From the UHGV virus genome UHGV-0093038: 18,258 nt of DNA; one strand, given 5' to 3'. Positions 16,236 through 18,258 of this stretch are shown here, one piece after another (positions within the stretch are counted from its first letter, which is position 1; the number at the start of each line of letters is the position of its first letter). Under the pieces are notes generated by a model, which did no database searches, was not told where the DNA came from, and worked only from the letters and a program-made list of their open reading frames with translations. A program made the translations under genes and the position numbers. This stretch comes from a virus.

Positions 16236-18073
16236 TGAAAGTTACTGCAAACGGTAAGACATTTACCTTTCCTGATGGTACGAGCACCGAAGATATTGGC
16301 ACCGCCATTGATGAGTATTTTGCTGGTCAGGCTGTTCAGCAACAAACAGTTAATCAGGCCAATAATGCACCAACACGGGAAGAACCATCATTGATGCAAC
16401 AAGCTGGTGATTGGCTCACAGGTGGTCAAAGTGCAGGGCAAATTGCAGAACAGGCTGGTCGTGGTCTGGTAAACATACCATTTGACGTATTGCAGGGTGG
16501 CGCAAGTCTGATTAATGCAATCAGCCAGGGGCTTGGTGGCCCCAAGGTTTTGGATGATGTTTATCGCCCTGTCGAGCGACCGACAGACCCTTATGCGCAA
16601 GCTGGAGAAACAATTGGCGGGTATTTAGTTCCAGGAGTTGGAACGGCAGGAAGCATGGCTATTGGATCACTGGCAGAGGCCGCAAATCAGAAAGGCGATT
16701 TCGCACAAAATGCAGCTAAAAATGCCGGAGTTAACCTTGCCGCTCAGGGTGTTCTTTCCGCAGCAGCAAAGGGAATAGGGCGTGGAATAACGGCTATAAA
16801 AGGTGATATTGCGCCAGAAGTGGCGAAGAAAATTGCCACATCAGAATCGATGGGCGTGACACCAATGACATCTGATGTTATCCCGCCGAAAAATGCTTTC
16901 ACTCGCGGACTTACTCAGGATGCTGAGGGGGCTTTGCTCGGGACAGGCTCAAAGCGAGCTGAGCAATATGCAACGCGTAGTAAGCTGGTAAGCAATTATT
17001 TTGACCGTTTTGGTGAGTACAACCCTGATGATGTGGTGAAATCTCTTACCACCACGTTAAGGGGGCGGAAGGATGCCGCTGGCGCTGTTATCAATGACGT
17101 CACCAATAAAATGGGTAATGCCGCAGTTGATACCACAAATACCATGAATGCTCTGAATACAGCGATCGCAAGACAGGAACGGCTTGGGACGTCTGCCAAT
17201 CAAAGCCTGCTTACATCCTTGCGTAACCTGCGTGAAGAATTAGCAAACCCTGCAACTGATTTGGATGTTACGTTTGATCTCTTGCGTCAGCACAGAACAG
17301 CATTTAGATCTAATGTTCAGGGAGATGCTATGGTCTTCCCCAACCAGGCAAAAGCAGCTACCAATATGGTAGAGAATGCAATGTCAAAAGACCTTCGTAA
17401 CGCAGTTGCAAAAAACCTCGGTGCGTCAGACGCAGCAAAATACCTTAAAGCAAATTCCGATTATGCAAACGTTTATAATAAGGTGCTTAATAAAAACATT
17501 GCTAACAAGCTCAACAAGGCAAGCAGTGAAGCCAGTCCTGAACTTATAAATACTGTTGTATTAAGCAGAAAACCATCTGACGTGAAACGAATCTGGAGCG
17601 CATTGGATGATAAAGGGAAAGATGCTATGCGTGCAGCTTACGTCAGCAAAATAGCGGAAAAGGCCGGGGACTCTCCAGCCAAGTTCATCACTGAAGTTAA
17701 TAAGCTGAAATCTCAGTCAGGCGGTGAAATTTACAACACTATTTTTTCTGGAAAGCACATGAAAGAGCTTGATGCTCTTCATGAAGTTCTACAGCAAACA
17801 GCAAGGTCAGACACCGCAAATGTAGTAACTCAGACGGGGCAATCGCAAGCCAACAGGATAAGGACGATTGGCGCAACTGCGACCCTTGGCGTATCAATGG
17901 GGCTTGAGGCTGGTTTTGGTGCAATGATGCGCTTGTATGAGTCCAAAGCAGCAAGGAATGCTCTCTTACGTCTGGCAAACACTAAAGCTGGAACGCCAGC
18001 CTATGAAAGAGCGTTGAGTAACGCTGCAAATGCCATCAGGCCGCTGCTTGCTACTGAGGCAACACAGCAGTAA
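16232..18073 (+). CDS. Ejection (DNA transfer) protein gp16 homolog
   Basis: 613 aa (P22 gp16 is ~609 aa), start overlapping the gp20 stop (ATGATG), last gene of the P22-type ejection-protein block. Confidence 0.82.
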   Translation: MMKVTANGKTFTFPDGTSTEDIGTAIDEYFAGQAVQQQTVNQANNAPTREEPSLMQQAGDWLTGGQSAGQIAEQAGRGLVNIPFDVLQGGASLINAISQGLGGPKVLDDVYRPVERPTDPYAQAGETIGGYLVPGVGTAGSMAIGSLAEAANQKGDFAQNAAKNAGVNLAAQGVLSAAAKGIGRGITAIKGDIAPEVAKKIATSESMGVTPMTSDVIPPKNAFTRGLTQDAEGALLGTGSKRAEQYATRSKLVSNYFDRFGEYNPDDVVKSLTTTLRGRKDAAGAVINDVTNKMGNAAVDTTNTMNALNTAIARQERLGTSANQSLLTSLRNLREELANPATDLDVTFDLLRQHRTAFRSNVQGDAMVFPNQAKAATNMVENAMSKDLRNAVAKNLGASDAAKYLKANSDYANVYNKVLNKNIANKLNKASSEASPELINTVVLSRKPSDVKRIWSALDDKGKDAMRAAYVSKIAEKAGDSPAKFITEVNKLKSQSGGEIYNTIFSGKHMKELDALHEVLQQTARSDTANVVTQTGQSQANRIRTIGATATLGVSMGLEAGFGAMMRLYESKAARNALLRLANTKAGTPAYERALSNAANAIRPLLATEATQQ

Positions 18074-18141
18074 CGTATGGGAAATTGGATTCAATCGCTA
18101 ACATTTTCTTTTTACTTTTCCAACAAAAGCTTTGGTTGAAT

Positions 18142-18170
18142 CCATATTTCCATAACCGGAAATGGTTTTT
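18142..18170 (+). terminator. Candidate intrinsic terminator about 70 bp after gene 16
   Basis: CCATATTTCC-ATAACC-GGAAATGG hairpin (core TTTCC/GGAAA, outer CCA/TGG with a 2-nt bulge) followed by T5 (18166-18170). AT-rich stem, so moderate strength. Confidence 0.45.
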
Positions 18171-18258
18171 GACATTAAAACTGTTCCAGTAGGATGTATT
18201 ACCCATGAGTCGATAACGCGTTGAGTTTCGCCATTCGCGCCGATTCCTATGATGGAGT

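Noticed and set aside
18077-18139. 20-codon ORF after gene 16 as a bona fide leader peptide
   Set aside because: Not listed as a feature because there is no convincing Shine-Dalgarno upstream and no precedent I can cite for peptide-controlled attenuation at this site. It is kept only as a low-confidence observation in the findings.
1-18258. CRISPR array, integrase, attachment site, or known defence-system signature genes
   Set aside because: No regularly spaced direct repeats and no ORF with recombinase, nuclease-helicase, reverse-transcriptase or other defence-associated motifs were seen. Every large ORF is accounted for by lysis, packaging or virion functions.

Overview
The window is a single-orientation (+ strand) stretch of the late region of a mosaic lambdoid, P22-like podovirus or prophage of an enterobacterium (Sf6/HK620-type). 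In order it carries: the 3' end of a lambda-type Ser/Thr phosphatase gene, a phage-82-type Q antiterminator, a candidate pR'/tR' late leader, two tRNA genes, the lambda-type lysis cassette S-R-Rz/Rz1 with tandem terminators, a small accessory cluster (KilA-N-like protein, ~290-bp non-coding gap, gp49/Sf6-gp66-family protein, two small coupled ORFs), Sf6-type small and large terminase, P22-type portal, scaffold and coat, head-completion proteins gp4/gp10/gp26 (tail needle), a gp14-like protein and ejection proteins gp7/gp20/gp16. I see no CRISPR array, integrase, attachment site or recognisable defence system. The points most worth a second look are the tRNA pair in the late leader (one structurally imperfect), the accessory cluster between lysis and packaging genes, a sub-threshold GTG-start ORF, the mosaic joints (notably inside Rz), and the AT-rich structured region that starts right after gene 16 at the window end. 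All homology statements are from memory of reference phage proteins and motif reading, not from database searches.
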